Assembly (NCBI GenBank): GCA_903916085.1
Contig: CAIWVL010000043.1
Coordinates: 1 to 50,251 of the forward strand
Source: an uncultured Spartobacteria bacterium
GTDB lineage: Bacteria; Verrucomicrobiota; Verrucomicrobiia; Chthoniobacterales; Chthoniobacteraceae
Length of the DNA stretch: 50,251 nt
Reading direction: 5' to 3'
Shown here: piece by piece, positions 16,861 through 31,900 of the stretch
How positions within the stretch are numbered: the stretch's first letter is position 1
Layout: every line of letters starts with the position of its first letter
Notes under the pieces: generated by a model
The model's database searches: none
What the model saw: the letters and a program-made list of their open reading frames with translations, nothing else
What the model was told of the DNA's origin: nothing
Program-made: the position numbers and the translations under genes

Positions 16861-16884
16861 GGCGGTGCGGATTAAAGCACCGCC
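16861..16884 (-). terminator. hairpin 20 nt after the giant autotransporter stop (weak terminator candidate)
   Basis: GGCGGTGC (16861-16868) / GCACCGCC (16877-16884) form an 8-bp perfect stem with an 8-nt loop. No clear U-tract follows on the - strand (CUCUCAGCUUCC). Confidence 0.3.
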
Positions 16885-16904
16885 ACCGGTACCCTTACCA
16901 CCGG

Positions 16905-19900
16905 TTAGAAGGCGTAACCTACAGACACTGCGCCGTTGGTAACAGCGGCCTTGCTCTGAGCCTGGTAGTCCAAGGTGAGACGCAGGGTGCTGCGACGGGT
17001 GAGAGCCGCTTCCACGGCACCACCGATACGGATAGCATCGGCACCGGCATCGGAGCCTTTGAAGGCTGCGGTGGTGGTGGCATCGCTAGCGAGGGTCATA
17101 TCGAGGTTTTTACCCTTGTTGTTGTAATCGTGAATCCAATCGAGTTGCAGCGATGCGGTGGCGGGCTTGGAGGCCACGGTCAACTTGCGGCGGGCTTCGA
17201 CGCCGACCTGATGCAGGACCGTGTACGTCTTCTGGCGTGCAGTCGCCACTTCCAACCCACCCATGTCACTTTCCTGAGCGCCGTCCAGTGTCTGGCCCTG
17301 TGCGATGACACGAGCGGAGGGCGTAATGGTCAGCTTTTCAGAGGCATTAAGCGGTCTGGCCAAGCCGGCGTGCAAGAGCCACTCCGAGCCACTCACCTTG
17401 AGACGGCCCTGGCGGGACGTTAACCCGGAAGCGTTGATGCTACGGCGCGCTGTGGTGTCCGTGCCGCCGTAAAACGCGCCCGATTCCAGGACGTAATGGC
17501 CGACGTTCGCCGTGGCGTAAGCACCTCCGTGCCAGGAGTCCGTAGAGACACTTCCGGAGACGTTAGAGAAGCTAGCGCTTGTGTGTCCGCCCGCTCCGGT
17601 GACACCGAGGAGAAGGTTGCCTAGGCGTTTTTCCACCCCGAACAGATCTCCGGCACTGTTGCCAGAATAACCAGCGGTGCCCATGGAAGCGTTTCCGTTT
17701 TGCTTCTGCCAAGTGCCGTATCCGGTCGTCCACAAGTTGAACTCGCCTTCTGCTGCGTCGATCAACCCGGCGCGGAGGCTGGCGAAATGGCCGACTAAAC
17801 CTTGGTTCACATTGAGGGTCCGCTGAGTGCTAAGCCCGGCAAGTTCTGCGTAACCCGAGGGATTCGCAGCAGCCAGTTGCGAGGCGAGATTGGACAGCGC
17901 GAGTGAACGGGTTGTTCCCGTGCCGATTTCGTCCACAGCGGAAACGCTGAAGGTTGATTGTGAGGCGAGGCTTAACTGGCGAGCGTTCACGGCTTGGGCG
18001 AACTTCTGGACGTTCCCGTTGAAACTGCCCAAGGACTGTAGCGGCGAGCGGTTGACCGTCACCGTTCCACTCACGACCGTCGCGCTGTATGCAGCAGATG
18101 CGGCAGTTTGATAGGTGACCCCAGTGTCGCCAACCGTGCCGGTGTCGGCGCCAAGACGCACACGGACTTCGACATTTGTGGCCGTGCCCGTGACTGTGGT
18201 GACTCCGAGGAAGGGCTGGTAAACGGTGCCACCGCTGAGCAAGCTGCGATCATAGTCTACAACGACCAGTGTGGATCCCGCTGCAAACGTGAGTGAAGTC
18301 CCGGTCAGGTGATCCACGTTGGTTCCCTTGCCGTGTTCGAGCACTAGCTGACCGCCACTGCCCACCGTCAGATTCCCGATCGCGAGTGTCCCTGGGGAGT
18401 TCCCTGGGCTTAGCGTCGATCCGGAAGCCACGTTAACACTGCCGTTGATAGTCCCTGTGCCCTTCAGAATCTGGTTGTTGGCGAGATTCAATGTGCCGGC
18501 GGCAATGGTCAGCGTTCCAGAGTTCGCGGTGCCGATTTGAATCACACCGACATTCTGCAAGGCGTTGGGATTGTTCAAGGTCACAATCGCGCCACCCTTC
18601 ACACTTAATTCAGATGCAGTGATACTTGAGGAACCGGAGAGCGTGAGGTTAGAGCCGCCCAACACGTTGATCGAACCGTCGCTTGTCGCAGACTTCGTCG
18701 CAGTAATGCTCGCTGTGCCGGACAGCGTGCCACTCACTGCCGAGACGCCGCCAAACTGGATGGAGCCTGCGCTCAAGGAAGAGCTCAAGGTGAAGGTTCC
18801 GCCGTTGATCGCGACGGCACCGGTGACATTAACGGCGTGAGTGATCGCCAAGTTGACTCCGGAATCAGCCGTGAGGGAACCGAGCGTCATCGTATCGTCA
18901 AGGGTAACTCGATAGCCGCCATTGCTTTGCAAGTTCAGGATAGAGCCCGAAGGAATCCCCGTTACAGAGCCACGAAGCGGTCCGCCGATGGTTGCCGGCC
19001 CGTTCGCGGGCTGGATGAACGTGCCCACGAAAGCCTGTGAGGTTGAATTTGTTCCACCAGCCAAAGTGCCTGTCACGGTCACAGCGTATAGTGTTGCAAA
19101 AGCGTCAGGATTACTTGCGACATCTGCCGACAAAGTGACTGTGGAAGTGCTCGAAAGATTGATACTATTCACGAACGTGGTGGTATTCCCCAGTTGTAGG
19201 TTACCAGCGATGTTGAGTATCGCGGCCCGATCGAGAATACCTGCCGAGGCGTTCAAAACAGCACCCGAAGCGATGTTGATCGCTCCCCCGATGCGCACGC
19301 TTGTGCCCAAGTTGAGCGTACCTGCGCCCACCGTCACCCCACCCGTCTGGGTCTGGGACTGACTGACGTTCAGGCTTCCTGCCCCACTTTTCTGTAACAA
19401 CCCTGCACCCGTCACGAGCCCATTAAAGGTCGCACTCCCAGACGCCACCGAGAACACCACATTCGTGCTCGCGCTGGACGTCACCGTACCCGCAGCCACC
19501 TGCGCATCCGACAACGTGTACTGCAAGTTCCCACCGTTGAGGAGAACTGCACTGTGCCCAGACTGATTACCCACCAACTCCAGGGTGCCGGCCGCGATCG
19601 TGGTCGCACCCGTGTAGAGGTTGTCAGCCGTCAACGTAAGCGTGCCGCTTCCCATTTTTAGCAAAGTGGTATCGGACGCGCCAAAAGCTGCGGCGAAAGT
19701 CGCAGCCATGCCATTCGTATCAATCTTTACGGACTGACCCGCACTGGTTGAAATCCGGCTGGAATAATCCACCGCATTCGTGCCGCTAAATTGCAGAGTA
19801 CCGCCATTAAAGCTCAAGGTGCCTGAGGTGCCCAATGCGGAGGAACCGCCCAGGGCCAACACGCCGTCATTGAGCACCACGCCACCGGTGAATGTATTGT

Positions 19901-22900
19901 TACCCGAGAGCGTCGTGGTCCCCGCGCCGGTCTTTTCCACGGTACCGGCACCGCCGATCGCATTGCTGAAGCCAAGGCTGTTGGAACGGGCAAAGCGCAA
20001 TACAGCGCCGGAAGCGATGGTCACGTCCGAGGCGATTGAGCCGGTGGTACCAGACGCACCGATCTGGAGCGTTCCCGCATTCACAGCAATGGAGCCGGAG
20101 AAGGTGTTGCTGCCAGTGAGGAGGAGGTTTCCTAAGCCAGACTTCGTCAACCCACCTGCGCCAGTGAGAGCGCTTGCGAATGTTACGTTATTGCCATTGG
20201 TATCCACCGACGCGAAGGTTCCCGAGGCCAGCGCGGCAATCCGACTGGAGATGTCTGTGGTTACGCCCGTGCCGTAGCGCATGCCGCCACCGTTAAAGAC
20301 GACGCTGCCTGTCCCAAACCCGGCGGCATTGCCAAGGACCAGTACGCCGCTGGAAAGCGTGGTCGCTCCAGAGTAAGAGTTGACGCTGGAAAGGGTCGCC
20401 GTGCCGATGCCGGTTTTCTCCAAACTACCCGTACCGGAAATAACCCGGGAAATGGTTTTGTCTGCGCCAGTGACCTCGACGACGAAAGCTCCGTTATCCA
20501 CGATTGCAGCGTTGATGGTGCCATTCTGCGTGAGCGTGGCGGTGATTCCGGTGCCGATCTGGAACAACTGAGCGGTGACAGAATTGTCAATAAACACGAG
20601 GCCAGTCGCCACGCCACTGCCACTGTTCACCTGTGCGATGACACTGCCGGTCCCGACACTCACGGCCTGATCAATACGGACACGAGTGGTGGCGCGCTCA
20701 GGCTCAAGCAGTAGGTTCGTCATGTTGGCGGTACCCGAACCCACGCGACCGGCGGTGACCTTTAACGTACCGGGGGATAGCAACTGTGTCTTGGTCAGCA
20801 CCTCAAAAGCCACCGTTCCGCTCACCAAAGAGGTGTCTGTGACGACGTTGTCTTGACTGACGAACGAGGGCAGATCGCCATATAGGATCTTGCCCGTGCT
20901 CAACGTGGTGCTCCCCACTAACTGACCGCCCGTGGCGATGTTGAGTGAGAGGAGCTCCTGCTCTGTTCCGCCGATGAGCAACCGCGCGCCGCTCTGGAGC
21001 GTCAAATGCGCGTCGGGCCCGAAGATGTTGCTGGTCGTGCCGGAGAGATCCAAAGTGACGTTGTTACCGAGGGTAATGTACCCGTCGAGGGTCGCCGTGC
21101 CGCCGAGGGTGAGGGTCACCGCACCGGCACTACTGCTGAGCAATGTCGTACCCGAACCAGAGAGAGCGCCTGTGAAGTTGGCGTTAGTTCCCAGAGAGAG
21201 GCTCAAGGTCGCTCCAGAAGAAACGGCTACAGAGCGCGCGCTCGACAGCAGGTTGCCAGAGATCAAGGAACCCCCAGTGACGCTGATTCCGACGGTGGTG
21301 CTTGGAACCGTGCCAAGTGTGAGCGAACCGGAGCCAGCTTTAATCAAGGTGCCCGTGCCGGTGATCAGATCGCTTGTGGAACCGGCGGAAACCGTCAACC
21401 GATTGGCGGCACCCAAAGTGAGCGCACCGCCGTTGAGGGTCGCGATCGAAGCGGTTGCACCGTTGAAGGCCAGCGTTCCGTTGCTAACCGTGCCTAGTGT
21501 AGCGACGCCGCCGACCGTGAGTGCACCGCCGCTGATCGTCGTCACATTCGCTGCGCCGGACACGTTAACGCTGCCTGCGCTTACCGTGGTGGCCGTGAGT
21601 GCTGCGGAGGAAACGACACCGCCCGTGATGTCGGCGTTGAGCGAACCACCGACAGTCACGATCCCATTCGAGATGCCGCCAGTCGTGATGGTGGCGTTGT
21701 TCGCGAAGCGCGTGCTACCAGCGCCCGAGAGGCTTGCTGCGGTGATCGTACCAGTTGCGCCACTGAAAACGAGGCTGTCGGCTGCGGTGTTGGCGTTGGA
21801 AAGAGCGCCCACGGTGAGGTTCGTGCCGGAGACACGCGCAGTACCGGTGGCATCTACGCTCAAGGTTGCAGTCGGGTTATAGTTCACCGCATTCAACGAT
21901 GCGCCGTTGACCGAAATCGCGCTTGTGTTCGCCAGCGCGCCAGAACCCGTGGCGAGACTGCCTGCGTTGACCTGGGTGCTGCCTGAGTAAGTGTTGGCAC
22001 CGGTGAGGCTCAAATTTCCGGTCCCAGCTTTTACAAGCGAACCGCTGCCGGAGATCACCCCGGAGGAAGAACCCGAGCGCACCGTGAGCGTGGCCGTCGT
22101 AGCAAGCGCGATTCCGCCACCGTTGAGAGTGTTGATCGTGCCTGCGGTGCCGTTGAGGGCAAGGGCGCCGGCGCTCATCGTGGTGACATCGGCTACACCC
22201 GACACGTTCACCGTGCCACCGTTCAGAGTGCCTGCACTCAAGTTCGCAGCGCTCACGGAACCACCGGAGATGTTCGCAGCAAGCGATCCGACAGCGGTGA
22301 CGTTACCTGCGCTGATTCCTGCACCATTGACCCTGGCGTTGCTTCCAAAGCGGGTAGAGCCAAGTCCAGCGAGGCCAGCCAGCGTGATTGTGCCTGTGGA
22401 AGCCGTGAAATTGACGCTGTTCGCGGTGGTGTTCGCGTTGCTTACCGCAGCCAAGGACAGGTCGCTCCCGGAAACCGTAGCAGTGCCTGAGCCATTCACA
22501 CTCAGAGTTGCAGTGGAGTTGGTGTCGACCGCCTGGAAAGTCGCTCCGTTCACCTCAATGCTCGCCGTGTTGGCCAAAGCACCGGCGGTGGTCACGAGGA
22601 TCCCCGCGCTTACCGTCGTAGCGCCGGAGTACGTGTTCACGCCAGACAGCGTCAAAGTGGCAGCCCCTGTTTTCACGAGCGAACCAGAGCCACTCAGGGC
22701 ATTGGAGTACGCGTTATCCGCAGCCGCATTAAGCGTCAGCGCAACAGCAGTGCCATCCGTATTTACCAAGGTGAGATTGCCTGAGAGGGCCTTCAGCGTG
22801 CCAGAAACAACGCCCGTCCCAAACTTCAGGGAGCCGCCATTGATGGCAAGACTCGAAGCGTTCGCCAGCGCCTGACCGTTGCCCAAAATGAGCGTGCCGC

Positions 22901-25900
22901 TCGAAATGGTCGCCGCGCCGGTGAACGTATTCACCGCATTCAACGTAGTGGTGCCGTTGGCCTGAGTCAGCGTCCCGCTGCCAGCAAGGACCGCGCTGAT
23001 CACACCCGTGTCGAGGCTAAAGCTCGCGCCCGTAAGGGTCCCGTTCGCGATCGTTCCGGAGGTGAGCGTAACCGTTCCCACCGTCTGCGTCTTGCCCCCG
23101 AGATCCAGCGTCGAGGCGCCTGCGAGAGTCAGAGCGCTGGTGCCGATCGAACCGTTGCCCGACAGCACAATGGATCCCGCCTGCATGCTGGTGGCACCCG
23201 TGAGCGCATTCGCACCGCTGAGAGTCACGCTCCCTGGAGTGGTCTTCGTCAGGTTTGCGGAACCAGACAGCGCCGCACTAATCGCACCCGACTGCAAATT
23301 GAACGCGGTCGCTACCAACGTACCCGTCCCAGCGATGGAACCGCTCACGAGATTCAGAGTGCCTACGCTCTGCGAGGTGGTTCCCAGAGAAAGGACACCC
23401 GCATTGACACTCAGACTGCCAGAATTAGACAAAGCGTTGTTGACTGCGAGAATCAGTGTGCCGCTTGCGAGATTCGTGCCGCCGTCGTACGTGTTCGCGG
23501 CATTCAAGGTGACCGTCCCCGTGGTCGTCTTGTTCAAGATGGCTCCGCTGCCTGCGAGAACAGCGCCCACCACGCCGGATTGCACCTCGAAGGCGCTGCC
23601 CGCGAGAGTCCCGTTGTTAATCGAACCCGTCGTGAGAAGAACGGCCCCCACCGTCTGGCTCGTCGCACCTAAGTCTACAGTGGAAGCGCCACTGACCTTG
23701 AGCGAACCGGTTGTCAGGCGACCGGACCCACTGACCTGCAAGGTCCCACCCTGCACATCGGTCGTCCCGGAGTCATTGTTAGCGCCGCTCAAAACCACGG
23801 TGCCAGCTCCTGTTTTGACAATGTCAGCCGTGCCGAGCAAGGCAGCGCCCACGACACCCGACTGCAACGCATAGCTGCTGCCCGTAAGGGAGCCATTGTT
23901 AATGGCACCGGAAGTCAAGGTGACAGCCGCCACCGTCTGGCTCGTGGCACCAAGCTCAACCGAGGCAGCGCCGCTGACATTGAGCGAACCCGTGCTGAGT
24001 TTGCCGTTGCCGCTTACCGCGAGCGTCCCGCCCTGAACCTGCATCAAGCCTGTCAGTGTGTTTGCACCCGATAACACTGCGCGACCACTGCCCGTTTTTG
24101 TAAACGTGGCTGAACCATCGAGAATGACATCCGCCTGCCCTGCCTGGACGGCGTAACTGGTGCCGGTCAGGGTCCCGTTTTTAAGCGAGCCGCCCGAGAG
24201 GCTCACCGCTCCCACCGTGTGCGCGAGCCCCCCCAAATCCAGCGCACCGCCGGACACGGTGGCGTTGCCGCCACTTGGCAGGACGCTGCCTACGACGAGC
24301 GTACCGGCCGTAACCGTGGTTCCGCCTGTATAACCAAGGCTTCCCGAAAGCGTCGCCGAGCCGGTGCCAGACATCGTCACCGCCAGGCTGCCCGCGCCCA
24401 CGCCATTGCGGAGCGTACCGGCATAAGCAAGAGCACCCGAAGGATTAAGCGTCAGAATGCTGGGTGTGGCCGAGGTATTTTCAATCACAGCACCACCGCT
24501 TGCAATCGAAAGAGTGGAGAGAGACAGGTTGTTGCCAGACATCTGGAGGACCGGCGTGACCCCTGCCCCTTCAAATGCGACCTTGCCTGCGCCCAGCGCC
24601 GTGGCACTTCCCAAAACCGTCGTGCCGTCACTCAAATGGAGAGTTCCCGCATAGGCGGCGCTCGATCCCGAGACTGTCAACGTGCTGGAACCGGATTTCG
24701 TAATGTCGCCGAAGCCCGCGCCCAGTGTGGTGGACACAACGCCACCGGTGGTGGCAATTGAGCCTGCCGAGAGCGTACCCGTGCTAAGCGTGCCGCCGAG
24801 TAGCGAAATGCCGCCGAGGCTCTTGCTCAAACCGGAAAGGTTTACACTGCCTTCAATCTGGAGCGTGCCGCTAGAGAGCGAGCCGGTGCTAGTGAACACG
24901 GCGGCGATTCCCCGCTGGATGTCGTAGATGCCAGTGGTCGGCGTCACGGACGAATCGACCGTAAGCAGCACCGCGCCACTCGTAATGGTCAGCTTGGAAG
25001 GGTCGGTGGAAAGATTTGCCGCATTGGCGCTCAAAATGCCGCCATTGAGGATAACATTGCCGAACATTTGTACGTTTGACGCCAAGGACAGAGTCACATT
25101 GCTATTAATCTGCACGGTGCTCGTGGTCGCTCCAAATACGGTTCCGCTGCCGAGCGAAAGCGTGACCGCCCCTGCGCTGGCTGTGAGTTGCGTCGTGCCA
25201 CTACCGGAAAGCGTTCCGGTGTAGGTGCCGCTGCTGGCGAGGTTCAATTTCAGCGTTGCGTCATTCTGAATGAGCGAGCTCGCGAGGAGGCCGGTCACAG
25301 AAAGCGTGCCAGCGGAGATGGTCGTTTTTCCCGTGTAAGTCGGCGTTGCGTTGAGCGTCAACGTTGTTGCGCCATCTTTGACAAGGGAACCCGTGCCGGA
25401 AATGACACCAACGAGCGTGCGATCCACGCTCGTGTTGAAGTTCAGGTTACCATTATCTACGATCGCTCCGGCGACTGTACCGTTGCCTGTGAAGGCGAGC
25501 GTTCCACCGGAAGCCACGGTGGTAGTTCCTGTGTAAGAGGTGTTTGCACCGCTGAGTGTCACCGTGCCTGTACCGGTCTTGCTGAACGCGCCTGTGCCAG
25601 CCAGAACCGCGCTGATCGTCCCAGACTGCGCCGTATACAGGCTCCCCGTAAGGGTTCCGCCTGTGATGTTGCCGCTCACCAAATTCACCACTCCCGCCGT
25701 GGTGTTGAAGGTGCCCAAATCCAGCGTAGACGCCGTGATGTTCACGGGCGTCGTCGTGCTGAATACGTTGTTGGTGCCAGCTAAAACAGTACTGCCGTTC
25801 GTGATGTTGAGCGATCCTGTCGTGGCCAGCGCGTTCGAAAGCTTGATCGTCCCGGCGTTGCCGCTCGAACCGACCGTGACCGGCTTGTTGTTGGTTGTCC

Positions 25901-28900
25901 AGACACCCTGAAAATCAACGGTGCCACCCGTGGCTGCCTGCAAGAGAACGCCGTTCAGGGAACCCGCGCTCAGGGTGACGCCACCCGTAAACACAGAGGT
26001 GCCGCTTGTATTGGAACCACCCAGGGTTGCTGTATAAGCGCTCGCCGCGCCGGAGCCGATCGTGATCGGGCTGGAGTTGGTGACGTTGTTCAGCAAAAGC
26101 GTGGGAACGTCTGTAACGGCGGTCGTAGAGTCACCAAGCGAAAGCGCACCCGCAACGCTGCCGGTGCTGCTGACGGCAAGCGTTCCCGCGCGAACCGTCG
26201 TGCCACCCGTCAGAGCGACTGCCCCACCGAGAGTCAATGTGCCACTGCCGCTCTTAATGAGCGAACCACCGCCATTGATCGGGCCTGTCGTGGATCCCGC
26301 AAGGACGGTCAGCTTGTCGCTGCTACCCAAGGCGATTGACCCGCCATTCAGCGTATCGATGCTGCTGGTCGCCCCGTTTAAGGTAAGCGATCCGCCGCTG
26401 ACACTGCCCAAAGTCGCCACCCCGCCAACCGTGAGAGACCCGTTAGAAACCGTAGTCACACTCGCTGCACCCGTGACACTCGCCACACCGCCGCTGAGTG
26501 TTCCAGTGCTGAGCGAACCCGCTGTTACGGCTCCACCGCTGATTTCAGAAGTGAGCAGTCCGGCGACAATAAGGCTACCGCCGGTGACGCCGCCACTGGT
26601 GATGCGTGCATTGCTACCAAAGCGTGTACTGCCTGCGCCAGAGAGACTCGCCAGAGTGATCGTACCGTTTGTCGCGCTGAAATACAGACTGTTGGCCGCC
26701 GTGTCTGCGTTGGTGATGGCGGCGAGGGAAAGGCTTCCGCCCGAGATCGTCGCGCTGCCTGTGCTGTTCAGGCTCAAAGTCGCGCTCGGATTGTAGTCCA
26801 CCGCGCTCAAAGAAGCTCCATTCACAGCGATACTGCTCGTGCTACCCAATGCACCCGTGACTGTGGCAGACAAAGTACCGCCACTCACTGTGGTCGCGCC
26901 GCTGAACGTGTTTGCGCTTGAAAGCACCACTGTGCCGCTGTTCTGTTTCACCAACGCGCCAGTGCCAGCCAAAACCGACGTCACAGAGCCTGCCTGGAGT
27001 GTGTAAGAAGATCCCGTCAAGGTCCCGCCCGTCAGCGAGCCGCCTGTGAGCGTAAAGGCACCCGTGGTCTGCGAGGTTGTTCCGAGAGAAAGTTCACCGC
27101 CCGCTAGCGAGACTGCCCCAGTAGAACTCAGCGCGTTGCTCACCCCAAGGGCGAGCTTGCCCGAGTTCACCGTAGTGCCGCCGCCGTAAGTAGCCGCCGT
27201 GTTCAAATTAACCGTCCCCGTACTCACTGCGAGTGCCGCAGACCCGCCGCCGAGCACTGTCGAAATCGTCCCACCGCTGAGGCTGTAACCCGTGGCGTTG
27301 AGGGTACCGCCGGTAAGCGAACCGCCCGTGAGAACCACGGCACCCGCGGACTGCGTGGTCGTTCCTAGAGCGAGCGTGCCCCCGCCGACCGTCAGCGTGC
27401 CGCCGCTTGGCAGGGCACCATTCACCCCGGCCGTGAGGATCCCGGCCGTGAGTTCAGTGCCGCCTGAGTAAGCATTCACCTGACCCAGCGTGACAGCACC
27501 CGTCCCACTTTTGGTAAGCTTCGCGCTGCCATTGAGCACCGTATTCGCTGTTCCTGTATCAAAGTTAAATCCCGTGCTCGAAGAGATCGTGCCACCCGAA
27601 ACCGCACCGCCCGAGAGGACGACATTGGCGAGAGTCTGCGAGGAAGTGCCCAGATCCAGGAAACCACCGGCGCTGACTGTCACCGAACCAGCGGAGCCTA
27701 GTCGGCCACCTGTGCCGAGACTGAGCGAACCGACACTGATTGTCGTGGCGCCGGTATAAGTGGAAAGTGTGTTGAGGGTGACAGCACCAGTGCCGCTCTT
27801 TGTGAGCGAGCCATTCCCCCCTAACACAGCGTTTACGACCCCTGAGGTCAGGGTGTAGACGGAATCAACTAGAAGCGTGCCTCCGCCAACCGTCCCGGCA
27901 CTGAGCCTAAACATCTGGAGTGCCTGCGAGTTGCCTCCCAGATCCAAGTTGCCGCCGGTGACTTCCATGCTGGAAGTTGAATTGAGGCTAACGCCCGAAC
28001 CCAACACAAGGGAGCCTGCGCTCACCGTGGTGGTGCCCGTGTAAGATTGGTTAACGGTGACGTTGAGCGCCTGACTACCCGCCTTCACCACCGACAAATA
28101 ACTGCCGCCAGAACCATCTCTCAAGGTGGCAGCCAAGATAGCGCTGGACGTGGGGTTCAGCGTCAAGATCGAGGGTTGGTTGCTTCCGTTCTCCACAACT
28201 CCAGATCCCGTAAGGCTAGAAAGGGTCATGCTATTCCCATTTAGCTGCAAAGTCCCGCTCGCAGATTCTAAACTGACCTTTGCGACGCTCCCCAAAGCGG
28301 CTCCATCTCCGAGGGTAACGATGCCACCGGTGAGGCGCAGAGTCCCTGCGTAGGCAGAGCTCGCACCAGAAATACTCAGATTACCCGTGCCGCTCTTGGT
28401 GATGTCACCCGAGCCGGTGAGAGTTGCTGCGAGCGAGCCCGAGGAGGCGCTCAACGCGGTGAAAGCGGCCGTGCCGTTGCGCAGAGAACCGCCGTTCAAG
28501 GAAATATTGGTGAAGGTCTTGCTATTACCCGAGAGGCTGACGTCGCCTTCGATCTGGAGCGTGCCAGTCGCGAGCGTGCCATTGGCACCAAAGCTAGCGG
28601 AAACGCCACTCTGAACGTCCATCAGAGGAGTCGTCACCGGCGCGTTAACCGCCAAGGCAAATGCGCTGGCGCTTCCGCCAGAAACTGTGGCCGTGACCGA
28701 GCCCGTAGCGACCACCGCTTTGTCAAAAGTCAGGGTCGAACCCGTCGAAGAAGCACGAGCCTCCACAAACTGATAGGTGCCTGTCACCAATGTCCCTGAT
28801 GCGATCGTCCCCGCTCCGAGCGTGCCCGAGGCTAGGTTGCCCAGAATGCCAGAGGTCAAACGGATACCGTTAGTGATCAATTCGACCCGGGAGTTCTGCG

Positions 28901-31900
28901 ATAAGGTGACTGAACCGGACTGCGTCGTGGCCCCCTGCGTGAGCGAATCGTAGGTCACCACTGCGGACGCTCCCGTGCTCTTGAGCGTTCCACCCGTAAG
29001 AGTGATATCGGTGATCGACTGACTGTAGCCCTTCAGATCGACCACGCCCGTCGTAATCGTCAACTTTGAGGTGACACTAAACACGTTGGCGGCGCCCAAA
29101 TTAAGCGTCCCTCCCGTGACTTCCACGTTCCCTGTAAAACTCGCGCCGCTCGCAATAGTCAGCGTCGCGTAGCTGCCGATTTTAACCGTCCCACCCAATG
29201 AACCGCCGCTCCCAAGCGTGAGAGTCAAAGGAGAGCCCACCGTTCCAGAGAGGAGGGTCACGCCTGTACCGGAGACAGTGCCGGAGTAAGTCCCCGAGCT
29301 TGAGATGAAGCTTAAGGTTGAATTATTAGCAATGGCACCATTCCCAATGAGCCCGTTAACCGCCAGTGTTCCGGCAGTAATCGTGCTCGCTCCCGAAAAT
29401 CCCGAGGCGTTACTGAGCGTCAACGTGTTGGATCCAGCCTTTTCCAAAGCGCCTGCGCCAGTGAGAGCGCCGCTCAAAATACGATCGTTAGTGCTGTTAA
29501 AATAAAGGCGACCACTGTTGGCCACGGCGCCAGCGACAATGCCGTTACCGGTGACGGCAAGCGTCCCGGCGCTGACCGTAGTCAAGCCCGTATAGGTGTT
29601 GGCGGCTGTGAATGTTAGCGTATCCGTTCCCGCCTTAGTCAAGGCACCCGAACCCGAAATGACTCCTGAACTCGTACCGGAAGAGACCGTCACAACATCG
29701 GACGCTCCCAGAACAACGCTTGCGCCGCTCAAGGTACCGATCGAACTGGTGCTTCCGTTCAAATTCAGAGTGCCGCCAGTCGCCGAAGTCAACGTGGCCA
29801 CGCCGCCAACGGTGAGCACACCAGCACTGAGGCTCCCTAGAGTGAGACTGCCGCCAACCGTCACGCTTCCGGAAGAAAGAGCGCTTCCGAGGTCTGCGTT
29901 ACTTGCAAACCGTGTGCTCCCCACTCCAGTCAGGCCTGCGCTCAGCGTAATAGTACCGGTTGTGCCGCTGAAAAGGAGACTGTCAGCGGTCGTATTCGCG
30001 TTGCTGACCGCACCGCTCAGAGTGAGGCCGTTGCCTGAAATGCTGGCGCGCCCTGAGGAAATCGCCAGCGTGGCGGAGGACTTGTAGTCCACGATGCTGA
30101 GGGTACCACCGCTTACCACGAGGCTCGTCGTAGTGGCCAAAGCGCCTGCAACCGCCGTCAGACTACCGCCGCTGACGGTGGTAGAACCCGTGTACGTATT
30201 GGCCGTGCCGGTCACCGCCAGAGTCCCTGTCCCGCTTTTCACGAGCGAAAGCGACCCACCGCCGATGCCGTCCTGGAAGGTACCGGAATAAGTCGTGTCG
30301 CCGTTCAACGTGAGGACAGCTGCGGAGGAGCTGCCGTTTTCAATCAGAGGCGTCGTATCCGAGGTACTAGCCAAGCTCAGCGCGACGCTATTGCCGCCAA
30401 GGCGCAGTCGTCCTGTGCCGCCTGTTGTGAAACCGATTTTGGAAGTTGCCCCGAAAGTTGCAGAGCCTCCCAAGGCGAGGGTTCCTGCGCCCACATTGAT
30501 CGTGCCGTTGTAAGTGCTCGCACCATTGAGAGTAAGAGTACCCGCTCCAAGCTTCGCGAACCCCGCAGCGCCCGTGACACTACCGCTCAACGTCACATTT
30601 GAGCCTGAATCCACATTCACCGTGGAGGTGCCGCTACTGAAAAAAGTGCCTCCAAAAGTGAGTGCGCCCGACGGACTGAACCGGAGCGTACCACCCGAGA
30701 TTCCCAGTCCACTAATGGTAAGCGAAGTGCCGTTGAGCTGCAAAGTGCCTGTCCCGCTCTTGAGGAGGGCGGCAGGCAGAGTGCTCGCCGGACTAAGGCT
30801 GCCCAAGGCGAGCGTACCGCTGTTGATGCTCAGCGTGACCGTGCCCGCTGTGGCCAGCCCCAGAGAGCCGCCACCCACCGTTGTCTGCGATGCGCCGCTA
30901 AGATCGACTGTGGTCGCTGTTGCACTGAAGGCCGCATAGGACAAGTCAGCCGAAAGCGCTACGTTCCCAAGACCAGAGACCGCTGAAGTCAGGGAGCCTC
31001 CGCCAGTGAGTTGCCGGGTAGTCGTGGAGGAGTCGGCGTCAAAAATTAAATCCGTGGGACCATCAAATCCGCGATTCAGAGCTAAGGTGCCCTGGCGCAA
31101 AGTGAGGGAGGGAATTACGACGAGACCGGAGTTGATCGGATCGACGGCAGACGCACTCGCTGTGGTCAGGGTCAGGGTGGATGTGCCGGTTTTGATTAGG
31201 TTAGCGGTTCCAGTGAGCCCGGATGCAAACTTTACAGGCGAATTTACAGTAAGCACCGTATTAGCGTTCACGGTAACATCTGCATTCACCGTCAGGAGAT
31301 TGCTCGCAAGAGTTCCATCAATAATTGCAGCCACCGAGGTGGCGGAGGAATTGGACGCGACATCAAAAGTGAGAGCGTTTGCCAAAGAAATGCCCGTACT
31401 CGCAGCCACCCGAAGCGTTCCGCCCGAAATTGTAACGACACCCACACCGTATGGGCTCGAAGCCAACGCGCCACTGGCAGAAACCGCACTGCCCCTTGCC
31501 AGTCCGAGAATACCCGCCTCCAATGATAAGCCGCCTGTGAACGTGCTTGGGATCGAAGTGCTCGGCACAAGCTCCAAATAACCAGCGCCCGTTTTGCGGA
31601 TAGCCAATGTTGAATTAGAGTCGCCATTATCAGCCAACGTGTTGGACAGACTCACCGAAGTTCCAGCGGCAATGTTGAACTCTAAAACCCCAGATTCAAA
31701 TCCGCTCTTGATGTAACCGTAGCCCGAGTTAGTCGTGGCTTTAGACACGTTTGAAATAGCATTAGGCCCACTGATCAAAAGCGTGGCAATGCTGGTATCA
31801 CGATCATCATTGAACACCAAGGTCGGGTAAGTCACCGCACTCCCTGTGCCAGAGCCAACCATGAATGCATCGAAAATCTCCACAGTCCCCGCGCCGATGC